Shown piece after piece: positions 28,373 to 37,677 of a DNA stretch of 64,000 nt (within the stretch, counting starts at the first letter, position 1; every line of letters begins with the position of its first letter). Source of the stretch: Ignavibacteriota bacterium (lineage in GTDB: Bacteria; Bacteroidota; Ignavibacteria; UBA10030; UBA6906); NCBI GenBank assembly GCA_963702445.1, contig CAVPCZ010000010.1:105213-169212 (forward strand), read 5' to 3'. The position numbers and the translations under genes are program-made. The notes under the pieces were generated by a model. It made no database searches and was not told the origin of the DNA. It saw nothing but the letters and a program-made list of their open reading frames with translations.

Positions 28373-28401
28373 AGAATAAGAAGATCCATCTTCGATTGCA
28401 A
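28373..28401 (-). promoter_or_regulatory. sigma70-type promoter of the amidohydrolase gene
   Basis: Minus strand reads TTGCAA (28401..28396), a 17-nt spacer, then TATTCT (28378..28373). Confidence 0.4.
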
Positions 28402-28424
28402 GTAGAGAGGGGAATGGCTATGTT
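28396..28424 (+). promoter_or_regulatory. sigma70-type promoter of mazG
   Basis: TTGCAA (28396..28401), a 17-nt spacer, then TATGTT (28419..28424). Confidence 0.4.
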
Positions 28425-28475
28425 GAGCCTGCGCCGTCCCTCACCGCCGAAAGAACATCAGCAGGATCCGACTCC

Positions 28476-29297
28476 ATGCCCGCCCCTTACCCTGCCATCC
28501 CTCTCGAACAATTTCGCACCTTTGTCCGGATCGTCCGCCGCCTGCGCCGGGATTGCCCGTGGGACCGGAAGCAGACGCATCGCTCCCTGCGTCACAGTCT
28601 CATCGAGGAAACGTACGAAGTCATCGCCGCACTGGACGCACGGGACATGGACGGGCTGCGTGATGAACTCGGGGACCTGCTGCTCCACATCGTGCTGCAG
28701 GCCACCATCGCGGAACAGGCCGGCGAATTCACCCTGCGCGATGTGCTGGACCGGGTTGCAGGGAAACTTGTGCGCCGGCATCCGCACGTGTTCGGAACGG
28801 TGAAGGTGAGCGGCCCGGACGAGGTGAAGAGGAACTGGGAACGGATCAAACTCCAGGAGGGCAGATCGTCCGTGCTCGAGGGCGTTCCCAACGGCATGCC
28901 TGCCCTCCAGCGCGCGTTGCGCGTGCAGCAGCGTGCGGCAAAGGTCGGGTTCGACTGGGAGAACGACGAACAGGTGTGGAAGAAGGTGCAGGAAGAGCTG
29001 GAAGAGGTGCGCGAAGCGCTGCGCACAGGAACAACCGCGCACCGGGAGGAGGAATTCGGGGATCTGTTGTTTGCGCTGGTCAACTACGCGCGATTCCTGC
29101 GTATCAATCCGGAAAATGCCCTGCGCGGTACGGTCGGGAAATTCACGAAACGGTTCCAGTATATCGAACGCACTCTCCGGAAACGCGGCAGGGACATCCA
29201 TGACAGCACGTTGAAGGAGATGGATCTGCTCTGGGAGGAATCAAAGAGGAAGCACGGCAGGCGAAACAAGAAGACTCCGGCGAAGGCCGGGGGCTAG
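28476..29297 (+). CDS. mazG: nucleoside triphosphate pyrophosphohydrolase MazG
   Basis: Two MazG repeats (EETYEVIAAL...ELGDLLLHIV and EELEEVREAL...EEFGDLLFALVNYARF). Confidence 0.9.
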   Translation: MPAPYPAIPLEQFRTFVRIVRRLRRDCPWDRKQTHRSLRHSLIEETYEVIAALDARDMDGLRDELGDLLLHIVLQATIAEQAGEFTLRDVLDRVAGKLVRRHPHVFGTVKVSGPDEVKRNWERIKLQEGRSSVLEGVPNGMPALQRALRVQQRAAKVGFDWENDEQVWKKVQEELEEVREALRTGTTAHREEEFGDLLFALVNYARFLRINPENALRGTVGKFTKRFQYIERTLRKRGRDIHDSTLKEMDLLWEESKRKHGRRNKKTPAKAGG

Positions 29298-29318
29298 ACG
29301 CAGACCGGAACGCGGGTA

Positions 29319-30371
29319 TCACCCGGGCGACGGCGCTTGATCAGGGGCGCCGCCCTGGTACTTCTCATACGCATCGATAATGTCCTTCACCAGGCGGTGA
29401 CGGACCACGTCCTGTTTGTCGAAGTAGACAAACGCAATACCCTCCACCCCTTTCAGCACCTCCTGAATCTGCACAAGTCCCGAACTCTGTTTGACCGGAA
29501 GGTCGATCTGGGTGACGTCGCCGGTGATGATCGCCCGCGAATTCGGCCCGAGCCGGGTGAGAAACATCTTCATCTGCATCGCCGACGCGTTCTGGGCTTC
29601 ATCCAGAATCACGAAGGCATTGTTCAGCGTCCTCCCGCGCATGTAGGCGAGCGGGGCGATTTCGATCACACGTTTCTCCACGTACGCGCGGAGCTTTTCC
29701 GCGGGAATCATGTCGTCGAGCGCATCGTACAGCGGCCGGAGATAGGGATCGATCTTCTCTTTCAAATCCCCCGGCAAAAACCCCAGACTCTCGCCCGCTT
29801 CCACGGCGGGGCGGGTCAGGACGATCTTGGTGATTTCGTTGTTCTTCAGACTGGCGACGGCGAAGGCGACGGCAAGATAGGTCTTCCCGGTCCCCGCCGG
29901 CCCGACGGCAAAAACAATGTCGTTGTTCCGGATCTGCGAGAGGTAGGCACGCTGGCCGGGCGTCTTGGCGCGGATAATCTGATTCTTGGTGAAGAGAATC
30001 ACCGCATCAAGTTCGTCGCGGCTCATCGTCGAAGAAATGGTTTTCGGAACGGCGGGTTCCCCGTTCGCCGCGACCAGATCGATCACGGTGTCGACATCGT
30101 TGGTGGTCAGCGTCCCGTTCTTGCGGAGCAGGAAGAGAAGCTCCTTGAAGATCCGCTCGAGCTGTTCCACTTCACCGGCCTCGCCGCGCAGGGTGATGGT
30201 ATCCCCGCGGACAACAATGGTGGAGTCGAAGCGCCGCTCGATCACCTCGAGGTTTGCGTCGTTCAGCCCGAGCAGGGCAAGGGTGTCGGTCCCTTCAATC
30301 CTGAGTTTCTTTTCGGTCACGCCGGTGTCCACCCCCTGAACAATGAAGAACCCCCTCTCCTGTGCGAACAC
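29319..30371 (-). CDS. phoH: PhoH-family ATPase
   Basis: Walker A GPAGTGKTYLA and ILDEAQN. GTG 30371 is the track start; GTG 30332 or 30320 (MTEKKLRIEG) are plausible alternatives. Confidence 0.85.
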   Translation of the reverse strand: MFAQERGFFIVQGVDTGVTEKKLRIEGTDTLALLGLNDANLEVIERRFDSTIVVRGDTITLRGEAGEVEQLERIFKELLFLLRKNGTLTTNDVDTVIDLVAANGEPAVPKTISSTMSRDELDAVILFTKNQIIRAKTPGQRAYLSQIRNNDIVFAVGPAGTGKTYLAVAFAVASLKNNEITKIVLTRPAVEAGESLGFLPGDLKEKIDPYLRPLYDALDDMIPAEKLRAYVEKRVIEIAPLAYMRGRTLNNAFVILDEAQNASAMQMKMFLTRLGPNSRAIITGDVTQIDLPVKQSSGLVQIQEVLKGVEGIAFVYFDKQDVVRHRLVKDIIDAYEKYQGGAPDQAPSPG

Positions 30372-30433
30372 GGGAAAGGGGGTTCAGACTGCGAAACGCT
30401 GTGCATGCTAAGCTTGGGCCAGCCGGGCCGGTA

Positions 30434-31219
30434 TCACTTCGCCGGAGCAGCTGCCGGAGGTGCCTGCTGGGCGGCCTGCGCTGCAGCCGCGGCTTTCCTG
30501 CCGTAGTACTTCTTCGCCGCCGCCTTCTCTTCGTCGTTCATTTCTTTGCCCTGGGGGATCTTCAGGATCTGTCCCTTGTGAATGACATCGGGGTCTTTGA
30601 TCTGGTCCCGGTTACCCTGCCAGATCCTCGGCCACATCCAGGCGTTGTCATAGATATCGGGTTTCTTGGAGATGTTCCAGAGGCAGTCACGATCCTTGGA
30701 CCAGGTGCCCACGGTATAGGTCTTTATCTGGTTCGCAAGCGTCTCCTTCATGCTCTTGACCTTGTTGTCGAGCTCGGTGATACGATCCCAGAATTCGGGG
30801 ATGAGGGAGAGCTTGTTGTTCCACAGTTCCTTTGTGGCCCCATCAAGGTCCTTCACTTCGCCCGACCGGGCAAGCAGATCGGCGTCGGAAAGACGCATGA
30901 GTTCGCCGGCTTTTGCCTCGATGCCGTCGATTTCTGTGCGGTATGCCGCCGCTTTTTCGCGGTCGGATCCCACGAGGGCGTACAGCTCATCCAGGGCTTT
31001 CTCGCTTTCGCCGTCAAGCGAGACCGACTTGGCATTGGCTTCACTGATCGATCCGTCAAGCGCTTTGGACTTGGCCGCCAGATCGTTACGCATCTGGGTG
31101 TATTTGTTCATTTCCTGCTGCCATTGATCTTTGGTCATCTCTTCCTGGGCGGTCGCAACACCGACAAACAGGATGAGCGCGGCAGCGAGCACGAAAAAGA
31201 GAACGGTGTTCAATTTCAT
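30434..31219 (-). CDS. secreted coiled-coil protein with C-terminal LysM domain
   Basis: Signal peptide MKLNTVLFFVLAAALILFVGVATAQ. LysM-like YTVGTWSKDRDCLWNISKK...DPDVIHKGQILKIP. GAGGAG upstream of the start. Confidence 0.7.
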   Translation of the reverse strand: MKLNTVLFFVLAAALILFVGVATAQEEMTKDQWQQEMNKYTQMRNDLAAKSKALDGSISEANAKSVSLDGESEKALDELYALVGSDREKAAAYRTEIDGIEAKAGELMRLSDADLLARSGEVKDLDGATKELWNNKLSLIPEFWDRITELDNKVKSMKETLANQIKTYTVGTWSKDRDCLWNISKKPDIYDNAWMWPRIWQGNRDQIKDPDVIHKGQILKIPQGKEMNDEEKAAAKKYYGRKAAAAAQAAQQAPPAAAPAK

Positions 31220-31244
31220 AGTCGGAAACTCCTCAATGTGTGCG

Positions 31245-31514
31245 TTACTTTGCGAGCCGCTGCTTCACGATCGCCATGTCGTCGTTGATTTTCTTCAATC
31301 CCGCATTCTTTTCGGCAATGACCTTATCCAGCTCCGCCTTCTTTGCTTCTTTGTCCTTGATCTCCTTCTCGAGCTGGGAGACTTCATCTTTCAGGGTCTG
31401 GAGACTTGCCAACTGCTTTTCATCAGGCCCCGATGAGCAGCCGAACAGCAGGAGCGACGCCGAAAAAAGGAGCGTCACACCAATAGTCGTGGCCATCCTG
31501 TTGAGTTTAAACAT
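31245..31514 (-). CDS. small coiled-coil lipoprotein
   Basis: 89 aa. Lipobox LLLFGCSS followed by a heptad-like Lys/Glu-rich helix. AGGAGGG upstream of the start. Confidence 0.6.
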   Translation of the reverse strand: MFKLNRMATTIGVTLLFSASLLLFGCSSGPDEKQLASLQTLKDEVSQLEKEIKDKEAKKAELDKVIAEKNAGLKKINDDMAIVKQRLAK

Positions 31515-31577
31515 GAGAACCCTCCTGAGTTATGTGCTAAGCGATGGGATACTTCGTTGGCTTCGCAAGGTGTCCAA

Positions 31578-31606
31578 AGTATAGCAAAAAAAAAGAGCAT
31601 TGTCAA
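31578..31606 (-). promoter_or_regulatory. near-consensus sigma70 promoter for the lipoprotein-LysM(-phoH) unit
   Basis: Minus strand reads TTGACA (31606..31601), a 17-nt T-rich spacer, then TATACT (31583..31578). Confidence 0.55.
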
Positions 31607-31645
31607 TTACAAAATAGGCCTTTTTTCGCATACTTCCACGTGCCA

Positions 31646-32329
31646 TCAAGGGAGCAAACCCCGTTCGGCAAGGCTGGTGTACCTGTCTCCGGCCACGATA
31701 ATATGGTCATGCAAAGGGATTCCGACGATTCTGCCAGCCTCTGCGAGCTGTCGGGTAACCTCGATATCTTCCCTGCTCGGTTCCGGATTGCCACTCGGAT
31801 GATTGTGCACAACAATCACCGAAGCCGCCATCCGGTCGATCGCCGCCTTAAACACTTCCCGCGGATGCACCAGACTCGCATTCAGCGTTCCCGTAGAGAG
31901 CTCCAGATCGCACTTTACGGCGTTCTTGGCATCAAGAACAAGCAGGGTGAAGACTTCGATGGGGCGATCCCGGAGCATCGGGATCATGCGGCTTGCGACA
32001 TCCTCAGGAGTACGGATAACGGCCGATGCGGGACTTCGCATCGCCTGCACCCGGCGACCGATCTCAAAAGCGGCGAGCAGTTCCACCGCCTTTGCCGCAC
32101 CGATACCCCGGATACGCATCAACTCGCCCGCCGTCATGGCGCCGATGTCGCGGAGGGTTCTCTCTCCTCCCATCAGCCCGCGCGCCAGATCCAGCGCGGT
32201 CTGCCCTCCTCCCCCTGTCCGCAACACGAGCGCCAGAAGCTCGGCATCGGAAAGCACGTTCCCCCCCGCGTGGAGCATCTTCTCCCGCGGACGCTCCCCG
32301 GCCGGCCAGTCTTTAATGGACCCGTTCAC
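31646..32329 (-). CDS. radC: RadC-family JAMM-motif protein
   Basis: HhH-like N-terminus and HNHPSGNPEPS. The GTG start overlaps the upstream stop (GTGA). Confidence 0.85.
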   Translation of the reverse strand: MNGSIKDWPAGERPREKMLHAGGNVLSDAELLALVLRTGGGGQTALDLARGLMGGERTLRDIGAMTAGELMRIRGIGAAKAVELLAAFEIGRRVQAMRSPASAVIRTPEDVASRMIPMLRDRPIEVFTLLVLDAKNAVKCDLELSTGTLNASLVHPREVFKAAIDRMAASVIVVHNHPSGNPEPSREDIEVTRQLAEAGRIVGIPLHDHIIVAGDRYTSLAERGLLP

Positions 32330-35181
32330 TCCGCCTGGATGTCACCGATGTGAATCACGCCCCGACCGTCAAACTGCAGGATGGATACCCAGACGTTCAC
32401 ACGGCCGGCAGAGAAACCCACCCTGGAATGAAGACCCTGATACTCCTTCACAAGGGCAAGGGCCTTGACTATCGCCTCCCGGGTCGTGGCCCCTTCGCGC
32501 AACACCCCCAGCACCATGTCGGCCGCATCATATCCGTACAGAACATGTTTCGAGGGGGGCCGTTTGAAGCGGGTCGAAAACCCCGCCGCCCAGGCCGCGT
32601 AGGCGGGATTCGAGACATCAACATATGTGTCCGACTCGAAAACCATGCCGGCACAATACCTCCGGCTGGCGTCCAGTTCGGCCAGGTTGTTCCATTCTCC
32701 CGATCCGAGCAGATGTGCCTGTATATTGAAGTAGACAATCTGGGAGGATACGGGACCGATCTCTTCCGGCGAGTTGATGGGAAGGTAGATGCCGTCGATT
32801 GAGGTTACCGGGACGTCAAGACTGTCCAGAAACAGTTCATTGTAGACAACGCGGATACCGATCGAATCAAGCCGGGGAGCCGCGTCGGGACCAACCAGCG
32901 TACTGGCTTGAACAAGAGCTCCGCAGGCCATCAGGGAATCAAGGACGCGGACGGGGACGCCAAGCCCGACAAGCTTCATCAGTTCTCCCAGCTTCTTCCG
33001 TCCGCCGAATGCGATATACGGTTCGGAGGCCGACCGGAGCCCGGCGAGCCTGATGGCCCCGAGCTGGGCTTTAAAGTCGGAGGATCCCCTCTCGTACCAT
33101 TCAGAGGCGATCACGCGCACCCCGAGCCGCTTCGCCTCGTCAAGAAACCCCTGCGCCAGGAATTTCCCGTAGGAGTCGGACGGCGCCAGCACGGCAAGCC
33201 GCCGGTACCCGCGGGTGAGCACGGCGTACCGGGCCATCGCTCTGCCCCGGAATTCGTAATCCGGGTTCGCCTGAAAGACATAACGACCCGACGCCGCAAT
33301 CCCGTTCGCGTTCGCCGTCGGCGAGACGAGCGGAATCCCGAGTTCCTGTGCGGCGCGGGCTGCGGCCAGCGTGGAGTTCGAAAAAACCGGTCCGAGAATC
33401 GCGACGAGTTTCGGATCGGCCCCGAGTGTGCGAACCCCCGAAGCGGCAAGCTGCGCCTGGCGTTCGGTGTCGTGCTGCACCAGCGTCACCCGCACCCGCT
33501 GCTCCGGCTCGAGACCGAAGCGCTCGACCGCATACTGTATGCCGTCGGCGATATCGACAGCGATTTCTTTCCCACCGGACATATCGCTTTTGCGCATAAG
33601 GGGAAGCAGCGCACCGATCTTCACATCGCTCCGCTCCGCGATCCGTCCGAGCAGAGCCGTCACACGCGGATGCCCTGCCATCTCGGGATAGTTCGAGAGC
33701 AACGTGTCCAGCGCAGCGCGCGAAGATTTGAGATCCTCCACGGCCGCTCCCCTTTCCGCCATCTTCAGCCAGAGGAACGCCCGGGGAGCCCGGCCGGATG
33801 TTGTGCCCGTCAGGGAACGCAAGAAAGCAACGGAGACATCCTGATCAGCGATGCTGTCCGCCACGCTCTGAAGCGCCTCGAGCAGACGGGGTGGGTGTGG
33901 ATGGGGCATCGCTTCCCAGGCCAGGAGCAGTTCCCGCATCGCTTCCTCTCCCCGCCGGATGCGCCGGTAGATGACGCCCAGCAGATAGTGCGCGTCGGCA
34001 ACATAGGCACTGGAGGGAAATGTGGCGAGGAATCCCCGGGCGACATTTGCGCTTTCCAGATTCCTGCCGGAGAAGTACAACGCTTTGGCTCTCATGATGG
34101 TCGCGGCGGAAGCCTGCACACCGAGCGGGTGCTCGCTGAGAATCTGGGCGAATACCGTGTCCGCCCCGGCAAAACGGCCTTCATCATAGAGGGCCACGCC
34201 ATGTCGGAACAGTTCCTCCGGCTCGGACCGGCCGCCGCCATCCTGAGCCCTCAACGGAAACGCGGCGAGCAGAACGAGCAGCAGCATGGAGAGCATCTGT
34301 CCGGCCAGCCGGGTAACGCCGACCCGCGCGCGCAATTTCCCGTCCAGTGCGCGTTGATGTCCCGGACGCAGCTGCAATGCCTTGTCAAATGCCTCCAGGG
34401 CACACTCCGTTTCGCCCCGTTGCAGCGCGATCTCGCCCAGCCCCACCTCCGCATCGGAAAGCGCCCGGTCAAGCTCCAGTGCCCGCCGGAAGTAGGGCTC
34501 GGCTTCGTCATGGCGGCGTAACCGCAAAAGGGCTTCCCCGCACAACCCCCATGCACATGCGTCGCCGGGATCCATATCCACCGCCAGCGTGAACTCCTCA
34601 AACGCCTCGGACCAGCAATGCTCCTGGGCCAGCGCCTCCCCCAGCAACCGATGGGTGGCACCGCGGTACGGGTCACGCCGGAGAGCCTGCTTCAGTTCGG
34701 CAATAGCCTCCGCCGGCCGTTGCCCGCGCAACAGGATATTTCCCAGAACCTCATGCGCCCGCGAGGCCCGGTGTTCAACACGTAACGCCATTCGGATCTC
34801 CATTTCCGCTTCGGGGAGCTTTCCCATATGAAGAAGCGCACGGGCGAAACACTCATGTACCGCAGAGCGCCTCTTCGCCCGAAGCGGTCCCAGGCAGAGA
34901 AGCACATCCCGGTACGCTCCCCGCTCCAGATACAGCTCTGCGAGCACCATCGCACAACGATCCGCATCGACACTTTGCCGGATGCCCTCTTTCAGCACGC
35001 CCTCGGCCTCCGTGTCACGGTGCCATTCATGGTATATTCCGGCCAGACAGACATACGGTTCATCCAGTCCGGGGAGGGCAGCCAGCAAACGACGGTACAG
35101 CTGCGCTGCATGAAGTGGCTTTCCCTCTTCCACCAGACGACGCGCACAATCCAGCATCGCCTTCGCACCATACTCGTCCAT
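32326..35181 (-). CDS. TPR-repeat / type-I periplasmic-binding-fold (LivK/LpoA-like) fusion protein
   Basis: 951 aa. Residues 1-290 are TPR repeats. Residues 296-313 (MLSMLLLVLLAAFPLRAQ) are hydrophobic. A YbgF-like TPR block follows, then a Leu/Ile/Val-binding-protein-like domain (KIGALLPL...VAILGPVFSNS...). GAGGAG lies 6 nt upstream of ATG 35181. Confidence 0.7.
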   Translation of the reverse strand: MDEYGAKAMLDCARRLVEEGKPLHAAQLYRRLLAALPGLDEPYVCLAGIYHEWHRDTEAEGVLKEGIRQSVDADRCAMVLAELYLERGAYRDVLLCLGPLRAKRRSAVHECFARALLHMGKLPEAEMEIRMALRVEHRASRAHEVLGNILLRGQRPAEAIAELKQALRRDPYRGATHRLLGEALAQEHCWSEAFEEFTLAVDMDPGDACAWGLCGEALLRLRRHDEAEPYFRRALELDRALSDAEVGLGEIALQRGETECALEAFDKALQLRPGHQRALDGKLRARVGVTRLAGQMLSMLLLVLLAAFPLRAQDGGGRSEPEELFRHGVALYDEGRFAGADTVFAQILSEHPLGVQASAATIMRAKALYFSGRNLESANVARGFLATFPSSAYVADAHYLLGVIYRRIRRGEEAMRELLLAWEAMPHPHPPRLLEALQSVADSIADQDVSVAFLRSLTGTTSGRAPRAFLWLKMAERGAAVEDLKSSRAALDTLLSNYPEMAGHPRVTALLGRIAERSDVKIGALLPLMRKSDMSGGKEIAVDIADGIQYAVERFGLEPEQRVRVTLVQHDTERQAQLAASGVRTLGADPKLVAILGPVFSNSTLAAARAAQELGIPLVSPTANANGIAASGRYVFQANPDYEFRGRAMARYAVLTRGYRRLAVLAPSDSYGKFLAQGFLDEAKRLGVRVIASEWYERGSSDFKAQLGAIRLAGLRSASEPYIAFGGRKKLGELMKLVGLGVPVRVLDSLMACGALVQASTLVGPDAAPRLDSIGIRVVYNELFLDSLDVPVTSIDGIYLPINSPEEIGPVSSQIVYFNIQAHLLGSGEWNNLAELDASRRYCAGMVFESDTYVDVSNPAYAAWAAGFSTRFKRPPSKHVLYGYDAADMVLGVLREGATTREAIVKALALVKEYQGLHSRVGFSAGRVNVWVSILQFDGRGVIHIGDIQAE

Positions 35182-35190
35182 GACATCTCC

Positions 35191-37590
35191 TCAGAAATCC
35201 CTTTGCAGAGATCTCATACCCAGACCGTTGGAGAGGAGCGCGATCCCCCCCCCGAAACAGAGTGTCGCCCCTGCTCCCAAGGCGAGCAAGCCGGCCAGCG
35301 ATGTCTCCGGAGCGGCACTGAAGATCCGTATCGCGGGAATGGCCAGCAACCCCGCAAGAAGAATGAGAACGATCAGGCTGCCAAGGAAGGTCACAGAGGC
35401 CCCCTGCGAGGAGGCCACCTTGACGGGGTTCTGCTCGCTCAGCGTGGCGAAGTAGGCACCGGCTCCGAGATTCAGACTGACGAGCGCAAGGACTGCAGCA
35501 AACATGGCAATCGCCGCAAGAATCGTGCTCTCAAAAGGTCCATACAGGACCGGCATGGAAATGAACACGAGGATCTCGGCCGGAACCAGCATGGCAAAAA
35601 GAGATATGACAAACTTGAGCCAGTACAACCGCCTCAAGGAAATCGGTGCCGAACGGACCGCCCAGAAGGCTCTACCCTCAAGGCTCACCGCCGGGAAAAC
35701 AAACCGGAGGATGAGCGATGAGACCAGAAATCCCTGGAAGAGAAAAACGGCCAGGAAGACGAGAGCACGGGAAGCCGGTTTCATGACAGGGAAGTCCAGT
35801 GTCCGCAATGAGAAGATCATCGCGACCATCAGGATTGCCATGATGGCGGCATGCAGCCGCTGGACCGGATCACGGAAGAACAGCCAGATATCGCGTTTCA
35901 AGACCGCTTCGGCATGCGGCCGCATGGGCCATGGCCGGCCGAATTCCAGCCACCGGATCCGGATCCAGCCCCTGTTCCTCCCCCGGCGCATCCGGAGTTC
36001 CGTCGCGGCAATCCAGGCACGATAATACCACCTGTTGCCGAGCGCCGTGGCCGCGATGAACACCACAGCCAGCAGGAGGAGCATCGACACGGCATAGCCG
36101 GCGGCACTTGCCGTTTCCCCGGATACAAGAGACTGCAGAAACCCCGCCACCCAGCCGTTCGGCAGCCACCAGTAGCTGAACAGGGCATTTGCGCCGGTCA
36201 CGGGCGTTCTCCCGGCGGCCATGTCCACCGCCTGACGCAGCAGGCCCATGGGATCCGTCACCTGCATATACCAGAACGTCCCTGCGATGTACAACGGCAT
36301 TACCACCAGCAGCAGGCGGCCCGTTCCGAATCGTGAAGCCAGAAGGATCAGCGCCGTCAGCACAATCACCGCGAGAATGCCGGCAATCAGAACGAACGGC
36401 ACAAAAACCAGGAACATCGTGAGAACATAGTCCAGCCACCCCAGACGAAACACCGACCCGTAACCGAGAAGTCCGGCCAGACCGAGAAGTGACAACGTCG
36501 CGGAACTCGCGACGATGTTCTCGACCATGCGGATGCGGAAGATCCCCCCCTGCGCAATCGGCAGGCCCATCAGAAAGCTCACTTCATCGGCGGTGTAAAG
36601 CGTTGCATAGGCCACCACCAGGCCCACCGTGTGGACGGTGAGAAAAAAGGCGAACAGGCAGAGGGAAACAATATGGTGCAGGGGTTCCAGTCCGATGTGC
36701 GTCTGGTGGAGCAGGAAGGAGGAAAAAACACGGATCAGGTAGAAGGTCCCGAGGACAACAGCACCGATGATCACCAGAGAGGAGAGGTTCTTTCCCAGCG
36801 CGTGCAAACGCCGGTCGGTCATTCCCTTCAGGAGAATGGAGGCTTTGGCATTGAGAACCGTGATCACGTCAGACATTGCGTTCAGCGCGTCACTTCGAGG
36901 AAGGTCTGTTCCAGGCGGCCGAAATCGCTCCGGGAATCCACTCTGCGCTTCTTCATAGATGATCCTGCCGCTCTTGACGATGATAATCCGGTCGCACAGT
37001 TCCTCGACGACGCGAAGAAGATGGGTGGACATAAACACCGTCAATCCCTCCTGCGTTTTCTTTTTCAGCGTCGCTTTCACCAGCCATGTGCTGCGGGGAT
37101 CAAGACCGAGAAGAGGTTCATCGATGATCAACACCTGCGGATCGTGAATCAACGAACCGGCGAGGGCCACGCGCTGCCGCATGCCCTGCGAGTACTCCTC
37201 GGCCGGTTTGTCGATGAACGCCGCCATTTCAAAGAGTGTGACGTATTCTTCCATGCGCGCAAGCAGCAACGCGCGGTCCAGGCGGAAAAGGCCGCCCACA
37301 AACCAGAGGAACTCCCGGCCCGTGAGACGGTCGTACAGATACGGCTGATCCGGCACATATCCGATGGAACGTTTGGCCGCCACCGGGTCGGTCTGCACAT
37401 CAAACCCGTTGATACGGCAGAGACCGGAGGTCGGGCGAAGCAATCCGATCATCATTTTGATGGTCGTCGTTTTGCCGGCGCCGTTGGGCCCGAGAAAGCC
37501 GAAGAACTGCCCCCGCGCGACCGTCAACGAGATATCGTTGACCGCGGCGAATCCATTGTACTTCTTTACAAGATGTTCGAGTTCTATCAC
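35191..37590 (-). CDS. ABC transporter, ATPase domain fused to a large polytopic permease domain
   Basis: Trimmed to GTG 37590 (AAGGAAG upstream; MIELEHLVKKYNG). GPNGAGKTT, LSGGMRQ-like YSQGMRQRV and LIIDEP, then about 560 aa of TM helices in the same frame. Confidence 0.75.
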   Translation of the reverse strand: MIELEHLVKKYNGFAAVNDISLTVARGQFFGFLGPNGAGKTTTIKMMIGLLRPTSGLCRINGFDVQTDPVAAKRSIGYVPDQPYLYDRLTGREFLWFVGGLFRLDRALLLARMEEYVTLFEMAAFIDKPAEEYSQGMRQRVALAGSLIHDPQVLIIDEPLLGLDPRSTWLVKATLKKKTQEGLTVFMSTHLLRVVEELCDRIIIVKSGRIIYEEAQSGFPERFRPPGTDLPRSDALNAMSDVITVLNAKASILLKGMTDRRLHALGKNLSSLVIIGAVVLGTFYLIRVFSSFLLHQTHIGLEPLHHIVSLCLFAFFLTVHTVGLVVAYATLYTADEVSFLMGLPIAQGGIFRIRMVENIVASSATLSLLGLAGLLGYGSVFRLGWLDYVLTMFLVFVPFVLIAGILAVIVLTALILLASRFGTGRLLLVVMPLYIAGTFWYMQVTDPMGLLRQAVDMAAGRTPVTGANALFSYWWLPNGWVAGFLQSLVSGETASAAGYAVSMLLLLAVVFIAATALGNRWYYRAWIAATELRMRRGRNRGWIRIRWLEFGRPWPMRPHAEAVLKRDIWLFFRDPVQRLHAAIMAILMVAMIFSLRTLDFPVMKPASRALVFLAVFLFQGFLVSSLILRFVFPAVSLEGRAFWAVRSAPISLRRLYWLKFVISLFAMLVPAEILVFISMPVLYGPFESTILAAIAMFAAVLALVSLNLGAGAYFATLSEQNPVKVASSQGASVTFLGSLIVLILLAGLLAIPAIRIFSAAPETSLAGLLALGAGATLCFGGGIALLSNGLGMRSLQRDF

Positions 37591-37677
37591 GCGTCTTCCT
37601 TGAAAAAACCCTCCGGGGTAATTAATCCAAAAAACCTGCAAGAAGCAACGCGCGAGAGGACCCGGTGTTCCTTCATA

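Noticed and set aside
28380-28393. 14-nt palindrome GAAGATCCATCTTC in the mazG/amidohydrolase intergenic region, considered as an operator.
   Set aside because: By rough estimate, 6-bp arms with a 2-nt spacer are expected roughly a dozen times by chance in 64 kb. It also lies within the promoter spacer already accounted for.
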